Shown here: positions 18,760-28,824 of the stretch, in pieces
Layout: every line of letters begins with the position of its first letter
How positions within the stretch are numbered: the first letter of the stretch is position 1
Assembly (NCBI GenBank): GCA_964387845.1
Contig: CAYLXA010000001.1
Span: forward strand, 256,001 to 320,000
Origin: an uncultured bacterium
GTDB lineage: Bacteria > Omnitrophota > Omnitrophia > Omnitrophales > Abzuiibacteriaceae
DNA: 64,000 nt
Reading direction: 5' to 3'
The notes under the pieces: model-generated
Told to the model about the DNA's origin: nothing
What the model saw: only the letters and a program-made list of their open reading frames with translations
Database searches by the model: none
Made by a program: the position numbers and the translations under genes

Positions 18760-20502
18760 TCAGGTAATTGAACCTGAAATGGCCTCTACAAGCCTTCTTC
18801 TAAAGTAAGCCGTCACAGATTTCTCGGAATTCATTTGGAGAAAGGCTGGGTTGACATTGCCTGTGAGGTCTCCGCGCCACCCACGAAAGATCCAACCTTC
18901 GGCAGTATTTGGAATAGCGTGCAATTGAACTTTAAATCCTTCCTGATATCGCCCGAAAGCATCAGGTAAAGGCAATTGGTTCACTATGCCGTCACCTACT
19001 ATGCCGATCTTGATTCCATGTTTCGGGAATAAGCCAGAATGTTTGCTATCTCGATGAAGTGCAGGCCATGGTAGAAAATTTGAATGAGCCTGCTGAGTGT
19101 CAAATGAAAAAAATCCAACTTCAAATGGATAACCTAGATTTTTCATGGACATCACTACATCGGTGTCTCCGTCCGTCCTTAAATCAGTGATCATTGCCGT
19201 GCCGGTCGACCCGATTTCTCCACCCGGGGGAACAGGAACTTGCGCTGGAAAGCCTGGCAGCATGTTACCCTCTTTTGACCATGCATATATTTTTCCTGAA
19301 GGAGCAAGAAAAACTAAGTCATATGAAGAGTCACCATTAATATCAGCGATGGTTACATTGCTCTTTGTGATATAGGAGTACTCAGGCATGATGGGCTGAG
19401 GCCATCCGGGAAACGGAGTTCCGTTCGATTTGAGTACGTTCACATAACCGTCCGAAAGGAATGCAATTTCAAGCGTTTGATCACCATCGAGGTCGGCCAA
19501 ACTAGGGCTCCCGAGTGAAAAGCCCCATCCCGATACAGTCCGCGGCCATCCGGTTAACTGCGTGCCATTTGCATTAAGAACATTGATGCGTGCGGTAGCC
19601 GTTGTGGAATCCTCCAAAACAACAACATTCAAATTTCCGTCATTATCAACATCGCCTACGGACAAGCTGGATATCTTTCCACCGACAGTGACCGGCCACC
19701 CAGGCAAGTCGCTTCCATCTTTACAGCGAATGGCATACACCTTGTTTTGGCCTCGGATGAGAATGTCTTCGATCCCGTCGTTGTCGAGATCGCCAACTGC
19801 CAAAGAGGACCCGGCGAAATTAGAGATGATTTTTGGGTAGGTATTATTGAATAAGGTTCCGTCATTCTTGAACAGGTAAAGCATTGCGGTAGGCGGCGTT
19901 CCAGGTGTTGTAATATATTGTGCGCTTAAAATTGCAATTTCGCTCTCACCATCGTGATCAAAATCCCAAACTAAAGGAGTGCTTACGACGCGACCGTTTT
20001 GAGTAGGACCAGAAATCGACACTCCTGCTACCGGCCAATTGGGGAAAACATTGCCATCAGGTCTAAGCACGAGCAATTTACTATCATGTATATTACCGGG
20101 TCGATTAATTCCCACGCTAGCTATAATTTCTTGAACACCGTCGCCGTCAAGGTCAGCTATGGCAGGCATCGTTTCTACAACATCATCCACACTACTAAAA
20201 GCGGGTGGATTTGCTAGTGTAAAAAGATTAACGGGAAATCCTGGCAGGTCGTTACCAAAGGAATCCACACCGTACAAGAACCCATTATTCGCCCCCGCCA
20301 GTATTTCCATTTGACCATCAGGTTTTAAATCACTGACTACAACGGGACCCAGATAATGAAACGCGGACGCGGAAATCCAGCGAATAAATGTTTCGTCGTC
20401 AGCGCGAGCTTCCTTCACACCCAAGTTTAACGTCAACAAAAAAAGACAAATGAGCAGTCTAATTAAGAATCTTCTTACGACGAATACAATTTCGTTTAAC
20501 AT
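18760..20502 (-). CDS. Secreted FG-GAP/VCBS (integrin-alpha-like beta-propeller) repeat protein, 580 aa
   Basis: N-terminal signal peptide (LLICLFLLTLNLGVKEARA). Repeated calcium-loop motifs DLDGDGVQEII, DFDHDGESEIAI, GDLDNDGIEDILI, GDVDNDGNLNVVV, ADLDGDQTLEIAF, ADINGDSSYDLVF. Confidence 0.75.
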   Translation of the reverse strand: MLNEIVFVVRRFLIRLLICLFLLTLNLGVKEARADDETFIRWISASAFHYLGPVVVSDLKPDGQMEILAGANNGFLYGVDSFGNDLPGFPVNLFTLANPPAFSSVDDVVETMPAIADLDGDGVQEIIASVGINRPGNIHDSKLLVLRPDGNVFPNWPVAGVSISGPTQNGRVVSTPLVWDFDHDGESEIAILSAQYITTPGTPPTAMLYLFKNDGTLFNNTYPKIISNFAGSSLAVGDLDNDGIEDILIRGQNKVYAIRCKDGSDLPGWPVTVGGKISSLSVGDVDNDGNLNVVVLEDSTTATARINVLNANGTQLTGWPRTVSGWGFSLGSPSLADLDGDQTLEIAFLSDGYVNVLKSNGTPFPGWPQPIMPEYSYITKSNVTIADINGDSSYDLVFLAPSGKIYAWSKEGNMLPGFPAQVPVPPGGEIGSTGTAMITDLRTDGDTDVVMSMKNLGYPFEVGFFSFDTQQAHSNFLPWPALHRDSKHSGLFPKHGIKIGIVGDGIVNQLPLPDAFGRYQEGFKVQLHAIPNTAEGWIFRGWRGDLTGNVNPAFLQMNSEKSVTAYFRRRLVEAISGSIT

Positions 20503-20528
20503 AGGGGTCTCCTTTCCACAATTAATGA

Positions 20529-21143
20529 CTATTTTTCAATGGCTTCTCTTTTTCGAATATTTTCACGGACTACGCGCAAGAAATCATCCACGGAGAAAGG
20601 TTTAAAAAGACAATCATCAACTCCAAGTTCTATTGCCTGTGTCTGTGGGTCGCCTTCATGAAAACCAGTGATCAACATTTCTCCTGCGCGAGGCCTACCT
20701 AGACTCTTTTGCGCCTTCCGAATTGCTCGAATGGTATCAAGTCCATTCATTTTCGGCATGCGAATATCGGAGATGATTAGATCGAAAAACGTTTCTTTAA
20801 TTTTCTCAATTGCGGATTCTCCGTTCTCTGCTGTTGTGACGCCATAATTCGCTTGTTTAAGCACTTTCGACAGTGAATTGCGAATAAGCTGGTCATCATC
20901 AATCAAGAGAATTTGTCTTATTTTGCCTCTGCTCTGCCGCAATTTACCCTGGCCAATAATACGAGTTACATCATTTGCATCAAAACGCAAAACACCGCCG
21001 ATCCGAATGGGAACTAACAAGCCTTTCTTTATCCAAACAAATATGGTGGAGCGATTCACTGAAAGGATCTCGGCCACTTCTTCCACACGGAGAAATTTTT
21101 GTTCCGACGCAGTATCACTTTTCAATTTCTTCTCTTTTGCCAT
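20529..21143 (-). CDS. Response regulator with an N-terminal excisionase/MerR-like HTH (HTH_17) and a C-terminal receiver domain, about 204 aa
   Basis: LRVEEVAEILSVNRSTIFVWIKKGLLVPIRIGGVLRFDANDV (HTH), then ILLIDDDQLIRNSL...LIISDIRMPKMNGLD...LITGF. The ORF track starts at a TTG at 21152. The first ATG (MAKEKK) is at 21143. Confidence 0.7.
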   Translation of the reverse strand: MAKEKKLKSDTASEQKFLRVEEVAEILSVNRSTIFVWIKKGLLVPIRIGGVLRFDANDVTRIIGQGKLRQSRGKIRQILLIDDDQLIRNSLSKVLKQANYGVTTAENGESAIEKIKETFFDLIISDIRMPKMNGLDTIRAIRKAQKSLGRPRAGEMLITGFHEGDPQTQAIELGVDDCLFKPFSVDDFLRVVRENIRKREAIEK

Positions 21144-21168
21144 TGTGAGCAATTCCTCAATAGTTAAA

Positions 21169-21208
21169 AGTCTAATTTAGTCTTAATTAGTCTTAATTAG
21201 TCGCTAAT
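21169..21208. promoter_or_regulatory. Four tandem ~10-nt direct repeats (aagtctaatt / tagtcttaat / tagtcttaat / tagtcgctaat) 25-65 bp upstream of the HTH-REC regulator gene; candidate operator
   Basis: Direct repeats are visible in the sequence immediately 5' of the gene start. Confidence 0.35.
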
Positions 21209-21423
21209 ATAACTAATATCTCGGACAAGTCAACAAAAACTTTAAAAAAATTTTCATCGATCTGTCAAGTCTGACATAGACCACGTCTTTGATGATAAGC
21301 GAGAAGCATGTGTGGTGAGTTTTTCAAGGTTTGTTAGCACCGTGTTAGCACGGAGTGATATTTGGGCACAAACAAAAAAATAGCCATCGATGTAACTATC
21401 GATGGCTATTTTATTTACGAAAC

Positions 21424-21497
<74 letters not shown>

Positions 21498-21560
21498 ATA
21501 AAAGATAAAAACGAAGATGTATTATATAAAGCGAATGACAGATTTGCAAGCGCGGCTAAT

Positions 21561-21857
21561 TTAGGGCGTTTTGGCCGGAGGTTCGGAATCTTCGGGAACT
21601 ACTTTGTAAACCACTTCGCCCGGCTTCACGAGTTTCAGCTCTTCGCGGATTACCTGCTCCAAATGCTCGGCATCGTTCCGGATCAGGTAATTTTCGCGCT
21701 CCAGATCGCTGATTTTTTTCTCAAGCGTCTCTACTTCAGCCGTCAACTTTTCTTCCGAGCGCTTAAGCTCTAAATATTTCGACAGCACCGGAAAAAACAG
21801 CAGAAACACGCCCGCCAAAATTGCGAAAATCCAAAAGAGACGGTCGATGCGCTTCAT
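21561..21857 (-). CDS. ftsB: Septum-formation initiator (FtsB/DivIC-like), 98 aa, downstream of eno
   Basis: N-terminal TM helix followed by a coiled coil (LELKRSEEKLTAEVETLEKKISDLERENYLIRNDAEHLEQVIREELKLV). The eno-ftsB arrangement is the conserved one. Confidence 0.65.
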   Translation of the reverse strand: MKRIDRLFWIFAILAGVFLLFFPVLSKYLELKRSEEKLTAEVETLEKKISDLERENYLIRNDAEHLEQVIREELKLVKPGEVVYKVVPEDSEPPAKTP

Positions 21858-21867
21858 TCAAACCGGC

Positions 21868-23202
<1,335 letters not shown>

Positions 23203-23244
23203 TTAGGATCAATCTGGTTACAAAAACGAGAGTGGCATTATAGT

Positions 23245-23324
23245 AGGGTCAGGGGTCAGGGGTCAAGTGCCAAGGCGCAAAAGACTCTTCTAAAATGGGC
23301 CTTGACACTTGCCCCTTGACCCTT
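23245..23324. repeat. Imperfect long palindrome built from GGGTCARG / CCTTGACCC units (gggtcaggggtcaggggtcaagtgccaagg ... ccttgacacttgccccttgaccc), upstream of eno
   Basis: The inverted repeat is read directly. It belongs to the same family as 38860..38965. Confidence 0.55.
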
Positions 23325-24213
23325 AATCGTAGTCGGAGATGATAAATTCTTCGTTCTGATCGCGGACAGACCGGCTGAAAAAGTCATCGAGACGTTCGAT
23401 TGCAGTCCATTCGTCAATCTGCTTCAAAACCGGAAAAGACCGGAAGGGGCGCCAAACCGTGTGCTTGACGGCGCCGACATCGTTGAACCGTTTCCACACG
23501 AGCCAATAATCGACCCGTTTTAAATCGCGCGTACCTGCCAGCGCATAAAACAGTTCGGATGTGCTATCGAAGGAGCGCTTGTATTTGAGCTCTCCGTCGA
23601 TCCGGCTGATGTCTTCGGTGTTCATGAACATTTTCCAGCTGATCGGAATTTTAATTCTCGGATGTAAGTGATGTTTTTCTTTAAATTCACGGTTCCAATC
23701 CTTGAAATAGAGATAACTCGACCAGCTGAATTTGATTCCGCGATTGATGAAAGCCGCGGGCGTTTCATCAAGCTGATCTTCTGCATAATTTTTTGTTTTT
23801 AAGATCCATTTCATTTTACGCGCTTTCACTTCGGATTTAGGCAGCGGCTCCCACGGATCCCGGAATTTGACGGATGCGGTAAAGGGATCCTCTTTGAGCG
23901 AAAGCGGCGTGACGCCGAATCCGAAATATTCATCAATAATCCACACCCGCCACCACGTGTTCCAAATAATGTGCCTCGGAAAGGGTGAGCGCCGTTTAAC
24001 ATCCGGAGGCACAGAAATCCAGGTGCTGGCTGCGCGTACTTCGGCGTTGGGGTTTGGAATGACGACTGTGACAGGTGTTTGGTCGCTCGAAAAAATAGCT
24101 GGAGAAAAAGTGAAGCTTAGACTTACTAAAATGAAGATGAAGCGGGCAATATCGGTTTTGCGGGAATTTCCAAATCTAAACCGGCTTTCCTCCCTTAACT
24201 TGTTCTCCTGCAC
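23323..24213 (-). CDS. Hypothetical secreted protein, 296 aa (Trp-rich; N-terminal TM or signal segment)
   Basis: ORF with IARFIFILVSLSFTFSPAIFS near the N-terminus. No family recognised. It overlaps the purN 3' end by 38 nt, so the true start may be internal. Confidence 0.4.
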   Translation of the reverse strand: MQENKLREESRFRFGNSRKTDIARFIFILVSLSFTFSPAIFSSDQTPVTVVIPNPNAEVRAASTWISVPPDVKRRSPFPRHIIWNTWWRVWIIDEYFGFGVTPLSLKEDPFTASVKFRDPWEPLPKSEVKARKMKWILKTKNYAEDQLDETPAAFINRGIKFSWSSYLYFKDWNREFKEKHHLHPRIKIPISWKMFMNTEDISRIDGELKYKRSFDSTSELFYALAGTRDLKRVDYWLVWKRFNDVGAVKHTVWRPFRSFPVLKQIDEWTAIERLDDFFSRSVRDQNEEFIISDYD

Positions 24214-24832
24214 ATGAATTCACGACCTTTCCGTTGACAACTTTCAATTTTCCGTCCACAAGCCACTGAACCGCCAGCGGATAAACTTCATATTCCGCTG
24301 CATGTATTTTTTGCTCCAAAGATTCCAATGTGTCGGAATCTAATCTCACAACTTTTTTCTGAAAAATAACCGGGCCCGTATCGATCCCTTCATCCACAAA
24401 ATGAACCGTGACGCCGGTTTCTTTTGCCTTAGCGTTCCACGCATCTTGAATCGCATGAGCGCCCGGAAACTTCGGCAAAAGCGCCGGATGGATATTGACG
24501 ATTCTTTGCGGATAAGCCCGGATAAACTCGGGGCTGAGGATCCGCATAAAACCCGCCAACACCACAAAATCAATTTTTTCCGCTTTCAATGAACCCAGAA
24601 TTGCGTTTTCAAAATCAGCTTTCGTTTTAAAATCTTTCCGGTCAAAAATCTGCGATTTTAAATTAAATCGCTTGCTCCGCTCGAGTGCCTTCGCCTGCGG
24701 ATTATCCGTCACGACAAGCCGGATTTCACAATTTTTAAGCCTACTTTGCCGGATTGAGTCAGCCAAATTTTCGAGGTTGGTCCCCGACCCCGATACAAAA
24801 ACCGCTAATTTTTTGACGCTTCCGTGTGCCAT
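24176..24832 (-). CDS. purN: Phosphoribosylglycinamide formyltransferase (PurN), 218 aa
   Basis: KKLAVFVSGSGTNLENL, VVLAGFMRILSPEF, IVNIHPALLPKFPG. Confidence 0.85.
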   Translation of the reverse strand: MAHGSVKKLAVFVSGSGTNLENLADSIRQSRLKNCEIRLVVTDNPQAKALERSKRFNLKSQIFDRKDFKTKADFENAILGSLKAEKIDFVVLAGFMRILSPEFIRAYPQRIVNIHPALLPKFPGAHAIQDAWNAKAKETGVTVHFVDEGIDTGPVIFQKKVVRLDSDTLESLEQKIHAAEYEVYPLAVQWLVDGKLKVVNGKVVNSCAGEQVKGGKPV

Positions 24833-24890
24833 TTAAAGTGTACCATTCAGATTATCTGAATACAAACCGCCCCAACAGATAAAAATTGCT

Positions 24891-25580
24891 CTACTCTCTT
24901 ATGCCTTCAATAATAATGACAAATTCGCCGAGAATTTTACGTTTTTCAAAGTGACGGAAAACCTCCGCCGCTCTTCCCCGCACCGTTTCTTCAAATTTCT
25001 TGGTAAGTTCGCGCGCAACCGCAATTCTGCGGTCCTGAAAAATATCGGAAATATCATGGAGCGATTTCACAAGCCGATGCGGCGACTCGTAAAAAATCAG
25101 CGTTTTTTCTTCATTCAAAACGCTTTCCAAAACTTCCCTGCGCTTTTTTTCTTTATTCGGCAAATAACCGAAAAATGCAAACGGCTCACACGAAAATCCG
25201 CTCACAACCAAAGCGCTGATAACGGCCGAAGGCCCCGGAATTGATTCGATCCGGATTTGATTTTCAATCGCTTCGCGCACAAGCGGAAATCCGGGATCCG
25301 AAATCAAAGGCGTTCCGGCATCGCTCACAAGCGCAACAGACTTTCCGGATTGAAGCTCATCGATCAATAAAAAGCGTTTTGAATCTTTGCTGTGCTCGTG
25401 AAAACTTTGAAGCGGTTTTTTAATTGCGAGATGCTTTAAAAGAGTGCCCGTGTGGCGCGTGTCTTCACATGCAACGATATCAACGGATTTCAGAATCTCG
25501 ATTGCGCGAAGCGTGATGTCCGACAAATTACCGATCGGGGTCGCAACCAAATATAAAGTTCCGGGAGTTGCAGTCTGCAT
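24891..25580 (-). CDS. rsmI: 16S rRNA (cytidine1402-2'-O)-methyltransferase RsmI, 229 aa
   Basis: GTLYLVATPIGNLSDITLRAIEIL...VACEDTRHTGTLL...SDAGTPLISDPG. Confidence 0.85.
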   Translation of the reverse strand: MQTATPGTLYLVATPIGNLSDITLRAIEILKSVDIVACEDTRHTGTLLKHLAIKKPLQSFHEHSKDSKRFLLIDELQSGKSVALVSDAGTPLISDPGFPLVREAIENQIRIESIPGPSAVISALVVSGFSCEPFAFFGYLPNKEKKRREVLESVLNEEKTLIFYESPHRLVKSLHDISDIFQDRRIAVARELTKKFEETVRGRAAEVFRHFEKRKILGEFVIIIEGIRE

Positions 25581-25603
25581 GAATGCGTCAGGCGGTGAAA
25601 CGG

Positions 25604-26587
25604 TTAACGGTTCCGTTCCAGAATGTAATCCAAAAGCAGGCCGAGACTTTTCTTGGCCGGATGATCGCCGAATGATGAAAGTTCAAGCCGTGCCAAATCC
25701 GTCAATTCCTTGGCGCGCTGATAGGAATAATCCAGCGCTTCATACTGGTTCAGGTAGTCCAACAGCCGGCGAAGCCGGTTCGGCTGTTTTTCATCTTTGA
25801 GCAATTCAATCACGTCCTGTTTCGTTTTCGGATCCGCAAGCGAAAGCAGGCGGATAATCGGAAGCGTTAAGACGCCCTGCGCTAAATCAGAGCCGAGCGT
25901 TTTTCCAAATTCGTTCTCTTCGCCGGCAAAATCAAGGCAGTCATCCACAATCTGAAACGCATTTCCAAAATGAATGCCGTAGCGTTTAAGGTGAGCGGCT
26001 TGTTCATCAGACAAGCCTGCCAACAAAGCGCCTGTTTCGAGGCAGCATGCCAAAAGCGCGGCTGTTTTCCTTTCGATGATCGTAAGGTATTTTTGCTCGG
26101 TTAACGCAAAATTTCCTTTTTCACTCAGCTCCAATATTTCGCCGTCGCAAACAATGCCGGCTGTTTCCAAAAATGATGCGATCACCTTCGGATGATTGAG
26201 CTGAAACACGGAGCCGATCGCTTTATCATGCAGAAAATCCCCCACCAAAACCGCGACTTGCGAATTCCAGGCCGCATTAATGGTCGGCATATTGCGCCTC
26301 AAGTAAGCAGAGTCTATAATGTCATCGTGGATCAAGGTTGCTGAATGGAATATTTCGAGCGCCGCGGCCATCTGAACGGCTTTGGCATCCGTTTGGCTGC
26401 CGAGACTGGCGCCAAACAGGCAAAGTGCCGGCCTTAAAAATTTGCCTTTGGCTTTGAAAAAATAACGGATAACATCGCTCGACAATTCGTTTGTTGTGGC
26501 TAAAATATCTAAGATTTTATCTTCCGCCTGAGGCAGGCGGTCTTGAATCGGAGCATAAATGGCTTCTAAATTGAGCGCTGTTTTCAT
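25604..26587 (-). CDS. Long-chain trans-polyprenyl diphosphate synthase (IspB/HepT-like), 327 aa
   Basis: First DDxxD motif LIHDDIIDSAYLRR. Second DDxxD motif FQIVDDCLDFAG. Confidence 0.85.
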   Translation of the reverse strand: MKTALNLEAIYAPIQDRLPQAEDKILDILATTNELSSDVIRYFFKAKGKFLRPALCLFGASLGSQTDAKAVQMAAALEIFHSATLIHDDIIDSAYLRRNMPTINAAWNSQVAVLVGDFLHDKAIGSVFQLNHPKVIASFLETAGIVCDGEILELSEKGNFALTEQKYLTIIERKTAALLACCLETGALLAGLSDEQAAHLKRYGIHFGNAFQIVDDCLDFAGEENEFGKTLGSDLAQGVLTLPIIRLLSLADPKTKQDVIELLKDEKQPNRLRRLLDYLNQYEALDYSYQRAKELTDLARLELSSFGDHPAKKSLGLLLDYILERNR

Positions 26588-26691
26588 GAATTTTTAGGGG
26601 TTTTGAAAGCCGTATTATGCCACGTGAAAAGCGGTGCTACAACTTTTTTCGAAACAGCCGATGATTTAGGTACAAAGTCGGCTTTTAACCT

Positions 26692-27063
26692 ATGAAAAAG
26701 ATACTCATTATCGACGACGAACCCGAGATTTGCGATGCGGTGGCTGAATTCCTGAAAGAAGACGGCTATGAAACCATTGTCGCGCACCGGGGCCATGAAG
26801 CGCTTGATAAAACACTCAAAGAAAAGCCGGATCTTTTGATTTTAGACGTCGCACTGCCGGATGTGGACGGCACGGTGGTTTATGAGACGCTCCGCAAGAT
26901 TCCCGAAACCAAAGAGATCAACGTGATTTTCCTGACCGCACTGGCATCGGGAGCGCCGCAGCAATTTGTCGGCGTTGACCGCGCACACTATTCCCTGCTT
27001 TCAAAACCGGTTGAAGTCGAGGTTCTTCGGCAAGAAGTCGTGCGCATGATCGGCAAGCCATAA
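26692..27063 (+). CDS. Single-domain response regulator, 123 aa
   Basis: KILIIDDEPEICDAVAEFL...LLILDVALPDVDG...IFLTAL...SKP. Confidence 0.75.
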   Translation: MKKILIIDDEPEICDAVAEFLKEDGYETIVAHRGHEALDKTLKEKPDLLILDVALPDVDGTVVYETLRKIPETKEINVIFLTALASGAPQQFVGVDRAHYSLLSKPVEVEVLRQEVVRMIGKP

Positions 27064-27077
27064 AACTATGATATTTT

Positions 27078-27168
27078 CCCTCTCCCTCTGGGAGAGGGTC
27101 AGGGTGAGGGAGATATCTTCTAAACTATCACCCTCATCCTAGCCTTCTCCCTCTAAAGAGGGAGAAGG
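27078..27168. repeat. Copy 1 of a tripartite palindromic intergenic element (tccctct-ggg-agaggga / agggtgaggg...ccctcatcct / ccttctccctct-aaag-agggagaagg) between convergent genes; likely a bidirectional terminator or REP-like repeat
   Basis: Three consecutive hairpins are read directly. A second copy at 47119..47210 is about 85% identical. The 3' hairpin encodes the last residues of the adjacent TrmH-like ORF. Confidence 0.6.
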
Positions 27169-27698
27169 AATATTTGAGAAAGCCCTAAGCTTTCCGCAAT
27201 CCGGTAAGCCAAAATTCCCGCAGCCACCGAAGCATTTAAAGAATTTTTCTCACCCAACATCGGAATTTCAACCGCCAGATCGGCAATTGAAACCAGGCTC
27301 TCATCAACGCCCGTAACTTCGTTTCCAATCACCAAACAAACCGGCGCTTTGGGTTTTGCTTCAGCATACGAAATACTGGAATTTGTGTGCTCAAGCACGA
27401 TGAGCTGAGTTCCGTTTTCTTTCAAATGGTTTGCAATTTCAAATGCATCCGCGCGATATTCCCACGGCACGGACATTTCGGCACCAAGCGCTGTCTTTGT
27501 AATCATCCGGCTTGGCGGCTTTCCGGTAATGCCGCATAAATAAATTTTCTCGGCGCGGATGCCGTCCGCGATTCTGAAAATGGCGCCGACATTGTGCAGG
27601 CTCCGGATATCATTCAAAAGAAGCGAGATTGGATTGCGTCTAGCGGATTGATTCTGCTCACGTAATCTGAGGATTTCTTCGTGGGTGAGTTTCTTCAT
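27153..27698 (-). CDS. SpoU/TrmH-family RNA 2'-O-methyltransferase, 181 aa
   Basis: SPOUT motifs LIVLEHTNSSISYAEA, LVIGNEVTGV, LNASVAAGILAYR. Confidence 0.8.
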   Translation of the reverse strand: MKKLTHEEILRLREQNQSARRNPISLLLNDIRSLHNVGAIFRIADGIRAEKIYLCGITGKPPSRMITKTALGAEMSVPWEYRADAFEIANHLKENGTQLIVLEHTNSSISYAEAKPKAPVCLVIGNEVTGVDESLVSIADLAVEIPMLGEKNSLNASVAAGILAYRIAESLGLSQIFLLPL

Positions 27699-27799
27699 AG
27701 CGTTCAGCGGACAGCGTTTAGCGTATAGGAAAGATAAACAAATGATTCATTTTGACTATCTCAAATCAGTCCTATCCGCTATACGCTGTGCGCTATCCG

Positions 27800-28798
27800 C
27801 TAGATTTTGAGTTTCCGGACACGCACTCCGGCTTCTTTGAGAAGATTGAGCGCCGTGCCGCCGAGCGGATAATCTACGTTATAAACCACTTCCTTCAGGC
27901 CGCTATTGATGATCATTTTGGTACACAAAAGGCAGGGTGAAAATGTTGTGTAAATCGTTGCGCCGCCGATATTGACGCCGTGGTAAGCCGATTGCGTGAT
28001 GGCGTTTTCTTCGCCGTGTGAGCAGAGGCATTCTTCTAGTTTTGTTCCGGAAGTCGTAAAGCTATTGCAGCGCGGGCACCCGCCTTCGTTGCAATTTTTA
28101 ACGCCGCGCGGCGTTCCGTTGTAGCCCGTGGAAATGATGCGTTTGTCTTTAACAATAACGGCCGCGACTTTGCGCTTCACACAATTTGACCTCAGGGAAA
28201 CGACTTTCGCGATTTCCATGAAGTATTCGTCCCAGTCAGGCCTTTTTTTTTGCGCAGAAATTTTCATGACAAGTTTCGCGATTTTATCATGAAATTCCGA
28301 AACTGTGCCCGAATTTTGCACCGTGTGATCGGCGAGCTCTAAAGTCCGGTCAAGCTGCTGGTCGCTTCCGACTTTGCTCTTCCCTTCGACATTCTCGAGC
28401 CGTTGAAATTCCGAAAAAGTAATCGGGTCTTTTTCGCGCCCGCGTTTTTTGATCCGCTGAAACCGGATTTTGGGAGAAGCCGCTACTTGAACCAACACAA
28501 AACCGTTTTTCGCGCGCAACTCCCGGACTTCTTCCGGATGCCGGATTGAATCGATCACATAATGCTTGTCGACATCTATTTTCTCGAGCGTCCGCTTCGC
28601 CAGAACACCTGCACCGTATTTTTGGCGGAGATCATTGCCGATTGCGATTAAATTTTCACGCGTGACGGGTTTTTTGCGCTTTTTGGCTTCATCCCGGACC
28701 ACATCCGAAAGCGAGAGATAATGAAAGCCGCGGTCCTTCAAAAAATCGGCAGCTACGCCCTTTCCGGAACCATTCTTGCCTGTTAAACCAATTAACAT
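27800..28798 (-). CDS. Two-domain protein, 332 aa: N-terminal P-loop nucleotide-kinase-like domain fused to a C-terminal dCMP/cytidine deaminase zinc-binding domain
   Basis: P-loop GLTGKNGSGKG. Deaminase motifs HGEENAITQ (H-x-E) and SPCLLCTKMI (P-C-x-x-C). ISTGYNGTPRG is typical of the dCMP deaminase (ComEB) family. Confidence 0.75.
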   Translation of the reverse strand: MLIGLTGKNGSGKGVAADFLKDRGFHYLSLSDVVRDEAKKRKKPVTRENLIAIGNDLRQKYGAGVLAKRTLEKIDVDKHYVIDSIRHPEEVRELRAKNGFVLVQVAASPKIRFQRIKKRGREKDPITFSEFQRLENVEGKSKVGSDQQLDRTLELADHTVQNSGTVSEFHDKIAKLVMKISAQKKRPDWDEYFMEIAKVVSLRSNCVKRKVAAVIVKDKRIISTGYNGTPRGVKNCNEGGCPRCNSFTTSGTKLEECLCSHGEENAITQSAYHGVNIGGATIYTTFSPCLLCTKMIINSGLKEVVYNVDYPLGGTALNLLKEAGVRVRKLKI

Positions 28799-28824
28799 GA
28801 ACCTTTTCTCCGACTTTACAAACC

